From NCBI GenBank assembly GCA_022844165.1, contig JALHMH010000024.1, forward strand, positions 1-64,000: DNA of 64,000 nt, in the 5' to 3' direction. This DNA is from Lysobacterales bacterium (lineage in GTDB: Bacteria; Pseudomonadota; Gammaproteobacteria; Xanthomonadales; SZUA-5). Position numbers and translations under genes: made by a program. Below, piece by piece: positions 1-10,033 of this stretch (the first letter of the stretch is position 1; the number at the start of each line of letters is the position of its first letter). The notes beneath the pieces were generated by a model that saw only the letters and a list, made by a program, of their open reading frames with translations, had not been told where the DNA came from and did not search any database.

Positions 1-51
1 ACAAAGACAAACCTCGCCACAAATAGTTCAAGTTATTTTTGGGACACCACA
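1..51. mobile_element. right end of a TGT...ACA-type MITE/IS (runs off window start)
   Basis: The reverse complement of 21-51 reads TGTGGTGTCCCAAAAATAACTTGAACTATTT, matching the termini of the adjacent element. CTAG follows at 52-55. Confidence 0.6.
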
Positions 52-55
52 CTAG

Positions 56-284
56 TGTGGTGTTCCGTAATGACCTTGAACGATTTCCGCGTCTTTCGAC
101 CCCATGCAGCGTTGCTTCTTGTCGCCATAGAAGAGCTATGTCGTCCGGCCCGGCGGCGCAGCCGCCGGTCGTTCAAGTCGGCTCGCGGCATGCCGCGAAA
201 GCCACCGACTTTCACCCTCGTCGCGCCTTGCGTAACGTCGAAATCCATCGGAAATATTGTTCAACTTAATGACGGAACACCACA
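56..284. mobile_element. 229-bp MITE with TGTGGTGTTCCGT terminal inverted repeats and CTAG flanks
   Basis: Perfect 13-bp TIRs at 56-68 and 272-284, extending imperfectly to ~33 bp (TTGAAC...TTTCC). CTAG direct repeats at 52-55 and 285-288. No transposase ORF. Confidence 0.75.
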
Positions 285-288
285 CTAG

Positions 289-450
289 CGAGACTTCGCC
301 TCAGACCGCCGAGCGATGTTGGCTTCGCCCAATACCGTGCTTGCCACAACCCGCGCTTCGCGCGCCCCGAGACTTCTTGAGTGAGCCGCTTCTCCGAAGC
401 GGCGCTGGCTGTTGAAGCCCCCTTAGGTGAAGCGGGGCGAGGACCGGCGC
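289..450. repeat. rearranged partial copy of the CTAG-flanked structured element
   Basis: 289-360 is the reverse complement of the right end of the 10034-10266 and 17819-18066 copies. ~387-450 matches their left-hand 'ggctgttgaagccccctt...ggggNgagga' module. Confidence 0.75.
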
Positions 451-1062
451 AGCGAAGCGCCAATGCCAGGGTTCATAGATGTAACCCTGTGCATTGCCGC
501 GCGGATAGCTCATGCGCCAGCCGAAGAGATGCGCGTGGCGCGTCAACCACACGAATGCGGATGTCGATTCGAAGGTTTCGGTCAAGGGCACTTCGCCCGG
601 TATGGCGAAGTCGACGCACTGGCCGCTGTGGTGCTCGCTGTAGCCCGGTGGAGCGTTGACCGAATAGATGTCTGCCAGGCTTTGTCCGGCGTTGAGTTTG
701 CGCGCGATGATGGCTCTTTGCGCGCAAACGCTCCGATAGCTGGAAATGACCTCCAATGGGATCCCGCAGCCTGCTGCGGCCCGCAGCAGATGCTTCAGGG
801 CCTGACCTGCGGCGGGCGTCAGCCAATGGCGACGCCCGAATCGGTCCAGCCCGATCGGCCGCAGAACATCGGGCTCAGGCTCGCGGCGCAAACCGCGGCG
901 CAGGCAAAACTCTCGTCCTGCCATCAATGGCAGCGCCTGATATCGCCGCCGAGCGAGGCGGCGTATCCAGGCGCCGAGCGAGGTGCGGATGGGTTTGGGT
1001 TGTTCCAGCGCGGGCATACGAATGGCGCCACGCCAGGCTTCTTTTGCCCGTCGTCCAGTCAT
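301..1062 (-). CDS. D-alanyl-D-alanine carboxypeptidase (VanY/peptidase M15B family)
   Basis: Motifs SSYRS, APPGYSEHHSGQCVD and YEPWHWRF. The ATG overlaps the upstream stop (ATGA). The last ~50 aa derive from repeat sequence. Confidence 0.85.
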   Translation of the reverse strand: MTGRRAKEAWRGAIRMPALEQPKPIRTSLGAWIRRLARRRYQALPLMAGREFCLRRGLRREPEPDVLRPIGLDRFGRRHWLTPAAGQALKHLLRAAAGCGIPLEVISSYRSVCAQRAIIARKLNAGQSLADIYSVNAPPGYSEHHSGQCVDFAIPGEVPLTETFESTSAFVWLTRHAHLFGWRMSYPRGNAQGYIYEPWHWRFAAPVLAPLHLRGLQQPAPLRRSGSLKKSRGARSAGCGKHGIGRSQHRSAV

Positions 1063-1982
1063 GGTAAAGGCCGGTAGCGAAAGCGCAGCAGGGGTGAGGG
1101 GGTCTTTTCGCTGCCGACAATGATGTGGGTGCAGGTTGCATTCAGCGTCATGGCCTCAGCTTGAGGCAAAAAAGCGATCGTCGATCGGGACGGATTGGTG
1201 CCCATCAACGCAATCTCCCAACGCTGATCGGGCGCTCTTGCATAGCGATAAATCGAATCGTAGGTCAAGATCAGCAACGAGGTACGCGCGCAATCGAGTT
1301 GCATCGACGTTGTTTGTGATCGATAGCGACTCAGTGCCCCGTCGCGTTTGATCTCTGCTGCCGTCGGCTGAAGAATTCCCTGAAGCTCTGCGACTCTGCT
1401 GGCTGTCACCTGCCCAACGCTTTCGAGCGGTACCCGATACAACACCACCGGAACCGTGCGTTTGGTCAAAAGCAAAATCTCGCCAGCAACTGGATCGACG
1501 GTGACCGCCTCGACATCGTAAGCCTTGCTGGGAAAACGGATCGATAGGCGTCGTTTTGGCGCGAGGCTGCTCGGCAATTTCCGCGGATCCGGCTCCTCGA
1601 ACAGCCATAGATCGACGAAGTCGCGATGCGCGTTGTTGTCGCCTGTGTCTGCGATCAACAACCATGCCGCCCCGTTCCACTGAAAACTCTCCAGCGCTTC
1701 CCAATCGATGTTCTGTACCTCGATTGGCAATTCGCTGCGAATGCGGCCGCGGCCGTCGATCAGGTATAGCGCTGCTTCGTTACCGCTATCGTTGAGCGCC
1801 CAGTAGCGATCCTTGGCGCGTCTGGATACTGCAAGGCCGGAGATTTCGCTCAAGCGCGCATCCGATAAGATGCCGGCAACCGTGACGCGGCCAGCCGGAC
1901 GCGGCACCGCGTCGGCTGCGAACATCCACTGTGCCGACAAAAGAAGCGTCAGCGATATTGCGCGATAGAGAATCGAGCCCAA
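1059..1982 (-). CDS. secreted conserved protein, probable beta-propeller (esterase/phytase-like); start uncertain
   Basis: Hydrophobic N-terminus followed by SEISGLAVS, ALNDSGN, DWEA, ADTGDN, DVEAV and QAEAM motifs. Confidence 0.6.
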   Translation of the reverse strand: MGSILYRAISLTLLLSAQWMFAADAVPRPAGRVTVAGILSDARLSEISGLAVSRRAKDRYWALNDSGNEAALYLIDGRGRIRSELPIEVQNIDWEALESFQWNGAAWLLIADTGDNNAHRDFVDLWLFEEPDPRKLPSSLAPKRRLSIRFPSKAYDVEAVTVDPVAGEILLLTKRTVPVVLYRVPLESVGQVTASRVAELQGILQPTAAEIKRDGALSRYRSQTTSMQLDCARTSLLILTYDSIYRYARAPDQRWEIALMGTNPSRSTIAFLPQAEAMTLNATCTHIIVGSEKTPSPLLRFRYRPLP

Positions 1983-2020
1983 GGTTCGAAGTTGCCTCGA
2001 ATTCCGCAGCGAAACGCAAA

Positions 2021-3442
2021 TCACGGCGACTCGACTCGCTCGATCTGCAAGCGGCCGAGCAAGGCTACGCCGGCGAAATAGCGCACCGGGTCGCCATCGC
2101 CGAAGGCGAGGGCCAAATGGCCGCTGTCGAAGCCATTGAGTGCTGCATCGAAGCCTGTCCAGCGGCCGTCGATGTGGGCTTCCATCCATGCGTGCGGCAC
2201 AAATACATGGTCACGCTCGCCGAAGCTGGGTACATACGCCAAACCAGTCGCAACGCGCGCAGGAATGCCTAAAGCGCGGGCAATTGCGGTGAGCAGCAGC
2301 GCGTGCTCGGTGCAATCGCCCTGCCGCGATGTCGCGACTTCGAGTGCCGACGCATATCCCACCGATAAGGTTTTACCGAAAATGTACTGGCGAACAAAAG
2401 CCTCTGCGTTGGCCATCTGTTGCGCCGGTTTGGTTGCCTTGCCCGCAGCGCGTTTGGCGAGGTCCTGGATGATGACGCTATCGGATTGCACCCAGGCAGA
2501 CGGCAACGTGTAAATCAGATCGACTTCGCCAGTGCCGCTGGCGCTCGGAGCGACAGCTGCCCACAACTGTTCGCCGTCCCGCCACACTCGTTGATGGTTG
2601 CTCTGCGCAGGCTGAATTTCAGTTCCTTCGATTTTCAACACGTAGCGAAGTGGCTTTTGCAGGTCTCGCCTCGTCAGCGCGCGTGGCGCGGCGATGACGA
2701 GTTTGTCGAGAAAGTCGAGTGTCTGATTGGGCGCTTTTGCGCACGCCTGATCGCAAGCCAGTAGTTCGATTTTCATGCCCATCAGATCCATGCGGATGCG
2801 CTGTGCGTCGAATACGTCGTCGACAAATGCATGCACCTGCATCGGGCCATTCGGGTAACGAACGATCTGTTCGATCTCCATCAGTTCCGCTTCGCTTTGC
2901 ATCAGCTCGACCCGTCGCCTGCCCTTGAAGCTGGTCTCCAGCGATACGGTTTCCAGTTGGCTCGGTATGAAAGCGTCGATTGCGAGCAGTGATTTGCCGG
3001 AGGCGATGGCTTTGCTGAGCGCGATGCGCTGCGCCTCAAAAAACTTGGCGAACGGTGGAATCTCGATGGTCTGTTCGCGGGTCGATCCAGCGCCATCGAT
3101 GACGACCTTGAATTTGCCATCGCTTTGACGGCTGCCCCGATACCTGAGCGTCTGTCCGGCGGTCTTAATCTCGGCACGAAAACCCACCGGTTCGCCCGTT
3201 TTCGATTCGAGCGTCTCTTCCAACGACGACATGGATACGCTGGCGCCATCGCGCTGAATTTCAAGCGACATGATCTCGGCGCTGCGAATGACGCCGTTGC
3301 CCAGGACCTCCCGCTCCGTGACGGCGTAGCCCACTTTCCGACCGTCGAAAAGCACAGCGCGCCAGGTGCTTTGTGTCTCTGCCCACGACGGCCAGGCGAT
3401 CAATAACAGCAGGGCAATCATCAGGCCCTTGGAACGCAGCAT
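2021..3442 (-). CDS. secreted transglutaminase-like domain protein
   Basis: Signal peptide. C-terminal Cys-His-Asp triad motifs GDCTEHA, HAWME and FDA. Confidence 0.85.
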   Translation of the reverse strand: MLRSKGLMIALLLLIAWPSWAETQSTWRAVLFDGRKVGYAVTEREVLGNGVIRSAEIMSLEIQRDGASVSMSSLEETLESKTGEPVGFRAEIKTAGQTLRYRGSRQSDGKFKVVIDGAGSTREQTIEIPPFAKFFEAQRIALSKAIASGKSLLAIDAFIPSQLETVSLETSFKGRRRVELMQSEAELMEIEQIVRYPNGPMQVHAFVDDVFDAQRIRMDLMGMKIELLACDQACAKAPNQTLDFLDKLVIAAPRALTRRDLQKPLRYVLKIEGTEIQPAQSNHQRVWRDGEQLWAAVAPSASGTGEVDLIYTLPSAWVQSDSVIIQDLAKRAAGKATKPAQQMANAEAFVRQYIFGKTLSVGYASALEVATSRQGDCTEHALLLTAIARALGIPARVATGLAYVPSFGERDHVFVPHAWMEAHIDGRWTGFDAALNGFDSGHLALAFGDGDPVRYFAGVALLGRLQIERVESP

Positions 3443-3533
3443 TCAGGATCTCACGAAGTCGTCGAGTCCAGCTATTCTGCCAAATGCCGCATCGGCAAAC
3501 TTGTAAAGAAAACGTCACAAAAAAGGGCAGTTC

Positions 3534-4718
3534 ATGATTGGCACTGCGTTAACCAGCTCCGCTCAAAAGCTCATGTTGCTCGGATCGGGCGAACTCGGGA
3601 AGGAGGTTGCCATCGAGGCGCAGCGCCTGGGCATTGAGGTCATCGCCGTCGATCGATATCACAATGCGCCGGCGATGCAGGTAGCGCATCGAGCGCATAC
3701 GATTGACATGCTCGACGCCGCGCAGTTGCGTGCGGTCATCGAAGCCGAGCGCCCGGATTGGGTGGTGCCGGAACTTGAGGCGATCAACACACCGACGCTC
3801 GAAGCGATGGAGCAGGAAGGCCTGGTGGTGATCCCCACCGCGCGCGCCGCACGCCTGACCATGGACCGCGAGGGGATTCGCCGACTGGCCGCCGAAACGC
3901 TCGGTTTGCCCACGTCGCCCTTCCGTTTCTGCGACGACGAAGCAAGCTATCGCGACGCACTGTTGGCGCTGGGCCTGCCGTGTGTTGTCAAGCCGCTGAT
4001 GAGTTCCAGCGGCAAAGGGCAGAGTATCGTACGAACATCCGCCGATGTGGATGCGGCCTGGCAATACGCGCAGGCGGGTGGCCGGGCTGGAGCCGGGAGG
4101 GTCATCGTCGAAGGTTTCGTTCCCTTCGATTTCGAAATTACCTTGCTGACTGTGCGGCATCGCGATGGAACGCTGTTTTGCGAGCCCATTGGCCATTACC
4201 AGGAAGATGGCGACTATCGCGAGTCGTGGCAACCGCAACCCATGGCGCCTGCGGCACTCAAAAAGGCGCAGGCGATCGCAATGCAGATCACTGATGCGCT
4301 GGGTGGCCGTGGACTATTCGGTGTCGAGTTATTCGTGCGTGGCGACGAGGTGCTGTTTTCCGAAGTGTCGCCCAGACCGCACGATACCGGCCTGGTGACG
4401 CTGATTTCGCAAGACCTTTCAGAATTCGCGCTGCATGTTCGCGCAATCCTCGGTTTGCCGATTCCGGTGGTGCGTAGTCGTGCGCCGGCAGCGTCGGTCG
4501 CGATTCTGGCCGAGGGTAACGGCGTCGCCCCGCGGTACTACGGCGTCGATTCGGCGCTGACCGAACCCGACACCGACATCCGATTGTTCGGCAAACCCAC
4601 AGTCGCCGGTCGCCGGCGCATGGGTGTAGCTCTGGCGCGGGCTGAAACCTTGTTCGCCGCCCGCGAGAAGGCGCGCCGCGCAGCGGCAGCGGTACGCATC
4701 GAGCTTAGCCCAGCTTAG
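3534..4718 (+). CDS. purT: formate-dependent phosphoribosylglycinamide formyltransferase
   Basis: Motifs [34 protein letters not shown] and RRMGVALA. Confidence 0.97.
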   Translation: MIGTALTSSAQKLMLLGSGELGKEVAIEAQRLGIEVIAVDRYHNAPAMQVAHRAHTIDMLDAAQLRAVIEAERPDWVVPELEAINTPTLEAMEQEGLVVIPTARAARLTMDREGIRRLAAETLGLPTSPFRFCDDEASYRDALLALGLPCVVKPLMSSSGKGQSIVRTSADVDAAWQYAQAGGRAGAGRVIVEGFVPFDFEITLLTVRHRDGTLFCEPIGHYQEDGDYRESWQPQPMAPAALKKAQAIAMQITDALGGRGLFGVELFVRGDEVLFSEVSPRPHDTGLVTLISQDLSEFALHVRAILGLPIPVVRSRAPAASVAILAEGNGVAPRYYGVDSALTEPDTDIRLFGKPTVAGRRRMGVALARAETLFAAREKARRAAAAVRIELSPA

Positions 4719-4896
4719 GCTCGCGCCATCCCTTTTTACATCAATGCGAATTTGCGACGTTCGAGGCATTCGAGGGCCTCATGGCAATGATTCGGCTCTG
4801 CAAATCACCAGAAAGCGCCGTCGTTTCGACTTCCCCATGGCCCATGGGGCGTCGTGCTGCGATCATTCGCCGCACTCATCAGTGAATGGCAGACGC

Positions 4897-6021
4897 ATGC
4901 GAATCGAGCAACACCCATTGACGGCTTCGATGCCGGGAACGACCCGCACGTTGCCGAGTCTGCACTTCGGTCCAGAAACCAGCACCAGAAAGGCGTACAT
5001 TCAGTGCGCATTGCATGCCGACGAGCCGCCGGGTTTGCTCGTCGGTTGGTACCTGCGGCAAAGGCTGGCGGATCTTGAGGCCCAGGGCAGCGTGCTTGAG
5101 CGCATTGTGTTGGTACCGATGGCCAATCCGATCGGATTGCAGCAACGGATCCTGGGTCGTGGCCTTGGACGCTTTGAGCTATCGAGCGGCGAGAATTTCA
5201 ATCGAAATTATGCGGAATTGAGCGAGGCAGCTTTCGATCGCCTCCAGGCGATTCTTCGGGAGCGGGCGCCGAACTTGGCCGAAGTACGCACAGTACTGCG
5301 CGATGCAGCAAATGCACTTCGTTGCGATACCGAACTTGACAGCCTGCGGGCAACGCTGTTGGGTCTGGCCATTGATGCCGACCTCGTGCTGGATTTGCAC
5401 TGCGACAACGAAGCCGTTATGCACCTCTACACCACGAACTGGAGCTGGCAGACTTTTGCGCCACTCGCCGGTTTGTTGGGTGCGCGCGCTGCACTATTGT
5501 CCGACGACTCGGGTGGTGGACCGTTCGACGAGAGCTGCTCGATGTTGCTTGGCAAGTTGGCTGCACTGATTGCGGCGCGCACCGATCACCGATTTGCGGC
5601 GGAGTTTGCGTGCGAAGCGACGACCGTCGAGTTGCGCGGTGAGACCGATGTGACGCACGATTTTGCGCGCACGGATGCAGAAGCGATTGTCGACTTCCTG
5701 ATTCATCGCGGCTACATTGCCGGCGATCCAGTCGCTGTTCCGACGCCCTGCACGGCAACGCCCCTGGAGGGTTCGATGCCGGTGCCCGCGCCCGTTGGAG
5801 GCGTTCTGATCCATCGCGCGCCATTGGGCGCAACGGTGAGCAAAGGAGAGTTGATCGCTGAAATCCTCGATCCGTCGGCAGGCTCGCTCACGCCTGTATT
5901 CAGCCCTGTTGATGGCCTGCTGTTCGCGCGAGAAAGTGGACGCGTGGTACCAGCAGGTTTGCGCATTGCGAAAGTCGCCGGCTCAGTGGCACTGCGCCGC
6001 GGGAAGCTGTTGACGGCATGA
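4897..6021 (+). CDS. succinylglutamate desuccinylase/aspartoacylase family (M14-like) hydrolase
   Basis: Motifs LHADE, NFNR, LDLHCD and TVELRG, plus a C-terminal biotinyl-like region. Confidence 0.85.
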   Translation: MRIEQHPLTASMPGTTRTLPSLHFGPETSTRKAYIQCALHADEPPGLLVGWYLRQRLADLEAQGSVLERIVLVPMANPIGLQQRILGRGLGRFELSSGENFNRNYAELSEAAFDRLQAILRERAPNLAEVRTVLRDAANALRCDTELDSLRATLLGLAIDADLVLDLHCDNEAVMHLYTTNWSWQTFAPLAGLLGARAALLSDDSGGGPFDESCSMLLGKLAALIAARTDHRFAAEFACEATTVELRGETDVTHDFARTDAEAIVDFLIHRGYIAGDPVAVPTPCTATPLEGSMPVPAPVGGVLIHRAPLGATVSKGELIAEILDPSAGSLTPVFSPVDGLLFARESGRVVPAGLRIAKVAGSVALRRGKLLTA

Positions 6022-6065
6022 GTGAGTTTCTACGTTTCGGTTTTTTGCGGTTGCCGCGGGCCTCA

Positions 6066-7565
6066 TTATTTCAATAGGAAATAGCGCGCACCCGCCTCCG
6101 CGGAGTACAGCAGAAACGGGGGCGCAAAACTCACTGCAGCCAGTCCGAGTACAACATGCGAAAAGACGATGGGCGCAAAGGATCGATGGGTCGAGAAGTG
6201 CTGGCACCACAGAAATGCGGCGAACGCCGATGCAACCGTGAGCGCGAAATTCGGTACATGTAGCAGGCCAAAGAGTGCAGCCGCTATCACAACGGCGTAG
6301 TTGCTCAAGCCTCTGGCATGCGGCAAAAGGAAGCCCAGTAGAACCAGTTGTTGCACGGCAACGAATGGCAGGTAACCCAGTACTCGGCCGCGCGACTGCC
6401 ATTCGAAATGGTCGAAGACCAGTCCCGCGCCAACCGTGAGGACAGCCAAAGGCAATGTCCATTTGAGTATGGCGATCCATGCCGCGTGATCACCTATCCA
6501 GTGAACGTCTTGCAGGCGCAGGTTGGACAGGATGAAGACCAGACAGATCAACAACACCGCCCAGGCGTTCGCGCCAGGATCTGCGTCGAAATGACGGCTC
6601 AGCAGCAGCCAGATCCATGGCGCAGTTGCTGCCACCAGTAACAGGATGGCTCGGCCCGGTTGCGGCAGTCGTCCCTGTTGCGTCCTGACCACGAGCAACA
6701 TCGCCCCGATGCAAAGCACAAGAGCCATTGGCAGGTCTGCGGCAAACGTTGGTCTTGGTGCGGAATCGGCTGCTGGCGTCCGCAACGCCGGGTAGAAGAG
6801 GGTCTCTGGATCCGCTTGGCGAGCCGCGTCGCGAATGGCGAGCAAGCGTTCCGGCGTATCCAGCCAAACCGGGAGACGCACACCGAGTCGCGAGGCAGTT
6901 TGCGAATGCAGATCGCTTTGGCTGTCGCTGCTCCGCCATTCGACGCGGTCTATCGGGTTCGATGGCAAAAGATTCCCCGGCAACGACTCGACGAATCGCA
7001 CCTCGTCGAGGATCAACACTGCGCCGCTGGCGCTGCGCAGGTACAGTCGCAGTTCGGCAACCCTGCCGCTGCTTCCGCCCCATTTCTGCGCCTGCTGATC
7101 CGAGCCGGTCAGCCAAGGCATTTGTGAAAGTGGCAGGTTCAGTTCGTTGCGCCCAGCCACCAGCGCCACACGCACCTTGTTCTCCACCAACCGGCCAGGT
7201 TCGTCGAAAATCAACACCATTTCGGCTGGCGCATTGATGTCGATGGTTGCGATCAGCTGCTGGAAGCGGCGTGCATCCAGCCAACGTCCGCGCAAATTCA
7301 AACGCACATTCGCCTGGCCAGTAGTCAATCGCGCCTGTACGGAGCCGCCGTTGGTCTGGACGTTGTCCAAACCGTCTTCGGCGTCGATGATGAGGTCTTC
7401 GATCGTGTCGAAGCTCAGGCTCAGACGTGATTCACTGCGTTCGATGTGATGAATATCGCGGTCAAACGCATCAACCAGAAAACGCTCGAAGCTCCAACTG
7501 CTGATGGAAAAAGCAGCGGCGATGCCGACAAGCGCCGTTGCCAGCGCCAAGGCGACACGACTCAT
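6066..7565 (-). CDS. membrane protein with periplasmic N-terminal domain and C-terminal CPBP (Abi/CAAX type II) protease-like domain
   Basis: Multiple TM segments and motifs QQLVLLGFL, LFGLLH and FSHVVLG. The canonical EE is replaced by QQ. Confidence 0.65.
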   Translation of the reverse strand: MSRVALALATALVGIAAAFSISSWSFERFLVDAFDRDIHHIERSESRLSLSFDTIEDLIIDAEDGLDNVQTNGGSVQARLTTGQANVRLNLRGRWLDARRFQQLIATIDINAPAEMVLIFDEPGRLVENKVRVALVAGRNELNLPLSQMPWLTGSDQQAQKWGGSSGRVAELRLYLRSASGAVLILDEVRFVESLPGNLLPSNPIDRVEWRSSDSQSDLHSQTASRLGVRLPVWLDTPERLLAIRDAARQADPETLFYPALRTPAADSAPRPTFAADLPMALVLCIGAMLLVVRTQQGRLPQPGRAILLLVAATAPWIWLLLSRHFDADPGANAWAVLLICLVFILSNLRLQDVHWIGDHAAWIAILKWTLPLAVLTVGAGLVFDHFEWQSRGRVLGYLPFVAVQQLVLLGFLLPHARGLSNYAVVIAAALFGLLHVPNFALTVASAFAAFLWCQHFSTHRSFAPIVFSHVVLGLAAVSFAPPFLLYSAEAGARYFLLK

Positions 7566-7879
7566 AGCGCATCGACTTTAGCCGCGCAGATCAAATCGTT
7601 TAACGACAACCCGCCGACGTCGTGCGTGTTCCACGACACGGTGCAGCTGCCAAAACTCACAACAAGATCAGGGTGGTGATCCTGCGCGTGCGCGATCTGC
7701 GCGACCTGATTGACGAAGGCCATTGTGCGGTGAAAATCTCCGAACGCGAAACTGCGCGTCAGCAGCCCATTTGCCGCAGTCCATTCGGGGATCTCCACCA
7801 ACAGCGCGGAAATCTGCGCTGCATCGAGACGATGAGCGTCGCCGCGGCGGGGAATGCAATTCTGGTCTACAAGACGCAT
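7562..7879 (-). CDS. phhB: pterin-4-alpha-carbinolamine dehydratase
   Basis: Motifs DHHPDL and THDVGGLSLND...AAKVD. Confidence 0.92.
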   Translation of the reverse strand: MRLVDQNCIPRRGDAHRLDAAQISALLVEIPEWTAANGLLTRSFAFGDFHRTMAFVNQVAQIAHAQDHHPDLVVSFGSCTVSWNTHDVGGLSLNDLICAAKVDAL

Positions 7880-8104
7880 CGACTTGGCTTGCCTGAGGAG
7901 TTGTGTCGATCATAGCCGCTACTGAAATTGCTGCGGCCAATCCATGGCCCGAGTCACAGCAGCAGCGCCGCGAGCGTCACGCAAGGGTGTAAACGTCGAA
8001 CAGATCGCGCACGTAGGCAAACGTTCAGGCCCTGAAACGGCCGAGGTTAAGGTGGGCCGACTCGTCGGAACTATGACGGCGCCAACGCATTGCCGGTGAG
8101 GAAC

Positions 8105-9781
8105 TCACTCCAATCCAGATGCGAAAATCATCTCTGGCAACTGGCCAAAAATCGTAAAACTCACTGCCGGCGTGACCGCGATCCCGCCGGCCGCGCCAGG
8201 ATCGCTGACATAGGCGCGCGCCCAGAGCGTTTGCCCAGAGATCAGTTGTTCGGCAGACAGGTTCAAGTGCACCGACCCGTGCCCGGCAGCGGCGCCGTTG
8301 CCATTGAGCGTGAACGGCATATTTGCGAAGCTGCCGTTGGGCGGATTGGTAGGAAGCCCGGGATCGGTGTTTGAAACCACGAGCACACCGTTTGTACCAC
8401 CCAGCGCCCGGGACACAACGATCGTGAAATTGGCATTTCCGATCAGCGGCGGCTCCAGTGCGGTGATTTGCGGCACGGTGCCGCCACTACCGGCGCGTCC
8501 GGTGCCGCTGATCTGCGGCACGCGCGTGGTTTCGGTGTACAGCGTGGGGCGGTCGAACGGTGGCAATTCAGCGGTCACGCGCGGATCGGTCAGCGGTCGT
8601 CGCAAGAATGCAGCGAGCGCGGTTTTTTGCGCCTGTGACCAGTTGCGCGAGCGGACTTGCGAAGCCTTGTTGGGCGCGTTGAAGTCGCCGCCACGGTTAT
8701 AAAATTCGACGACGTCTTCGATCGTCTCGAAGCGACCGTTCCGCATGTAGGGTGCCCGGTCGGCCAGGCCGCGTAATCCAGGGGTCAACATCCTGCCCAG
8801 CATCGCTGGGTCGCTATCGAAGGCGCCACGGCCCGGGTCTTCGGCAACGGGGCGAACACCGATGTAGTGAAAACGCCCATCGGTCATCAGCGGACCAGAA
8901 TGACAGAACGCGCAGTCGTTGCTTTGGAACAGCTGTTGGCCTTGTAGTTCGAGTGGCGTCAGCGATGGCGTGCCCGCCAGATGTGCGTCGAGCGGCGCCT
9001 GATCGGCGATGAGTGTTCGCTGGTAAGTCGCGATGGCCATCGCCAGCCGCGCCGGTGTGATATCGGCACTACCGAAGGCAAGCGCGAACATCTCCGGATA
9101 GCTGCGTCGCCCGATCTGCGCGCTCAGCGCGAGGGGAACGTCGCTTGCCAGGGCCAGCGGTTGAATGCCGCTCAAGCGTGCGCTAAGGCTGCTCAGCGTC
9201 ACGCCCACATGGCCCATCTCGCTGGTGTTGACCAAAGGACCGAGCGCCTGGTTTTCCAGCGCTGCGAAGTTCGGCAGCAACACTTGGTTCGTCAACGGAT
9301 CGCGAAAGTAGCTGTCGGCCCGTCCGTCCCAAAACAGCGAACCGGCGAATGCGGCGTTGATCACCGGGCCGGCTTTGCGCCGCCCAACTTGCGGTTGCAG
9401 CGCGAAGAGCGGATCCATCAAGTAGTTGCCAAACGCATCATGCGCGGGTACGCCCGGTGAGGCGATGGTGTCGTCTGCATTGCCAGGCACATTGTCGGGG
9501 CCCGGATGGCGAGCCGAATCGCCCAGCAGCAAACTGCGTGGATCGGTGCCTGCGGCTTGCGGCCTATGACAAGTGCCGCACGCGATGGTCCCGGTCAGTG
9601 ACAGTTGTTCGTCCCAAAACAGCGCCTTGCCAAGTGCGATCTTGGCGGGTGTGATCGGATTTCCGGCCGGCACCGGCAATTCGCCCAATGGGGACTGCTG
9701 GCCGTGCATTGGATCCGCCGCGATCAGTGCACACGCGCCTGCCGTCATCAATGCCGCGAAAACGCGGTCGCGACCAGTCAT
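8105..9781 (-). CDS. secreted di-heme cytochrome c peroxidase (bCcP/MauG family) with C-terminal extension
   Basis: Two CXXCH motifs (CGTCH, CAFCH), LGKALFWD, FWDGRA and APYMRNG. Signal peptide from Met 9781. Ends IFASGLE. Confidence 0.88.
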   Translation of the reverse strand: MTGRDRVFAALMTAGACALIAADPMHGQQSPLGELPVPAGNPITPAKIALGKALFWDEQLSLTGTIACGTCHRPQAAGTDPRSLLLGDSARHPGPDNVPGNADDTIASPGVPAHDAFGNYLMDPLFALQPQVGRRKAGPVINAAFAGSLFWDGRADSYFRDPLTNQVLLPNFAALENQALGPLVNTSEMGHVGVTLSSLSARLSGIQPLALASDVPLALSAQIGRRSYPEMFALAFGSADITPARLAMAIATYQRTLIADQAPLDAHLAGTPSLTPLELQGQQLFQSNDCAFCHSGPLMTDGRFHYIGVRPVAEDPGRGAFDSDPAMLGRMLTPGLRGLADRAPYMRNGRFETIEDVVEFYNRGGDFNAPNKASQVRSRNWSQAQKTALAAFLRRPLTDPRVTAELPPFDRPTLYTETTRVPQISGTGRAGSGGTVPQITALEPPLIGNANFTIVVSRALGGTNGVLVVSNTDPGLPTNPPNGSFANMPFTLNGNGAAAGHGSVHLNLSAEQLISGQTLWARAYVSDPGAAGGIAVTPAVSFTIFGQLPEMIFASGLE

Positions 9782-10033
9782 CTTGGAATCCAATTCGTGT
9801 TTGTGCTTGCTCAGGCCCGAGCATAGCGCCGAAGTCCTTGATGAGCGGTTTGAATAACCTACTGCGCGGGTCGACAGCTGCGTTGCTCCGTGCTCGCTCC
9901 CCGGCCACGCAACAAGTTGCGTGGCGTTCAGCGGCTCGCGGCATGCCGCTCGAAAGACCGCTTCACCCTCATGGACTCTATGTCCACTGCGGTTCCTGCG
10001 CGCGGTGCGCCTTGCTCTCGGCCCGCTCGCTAG

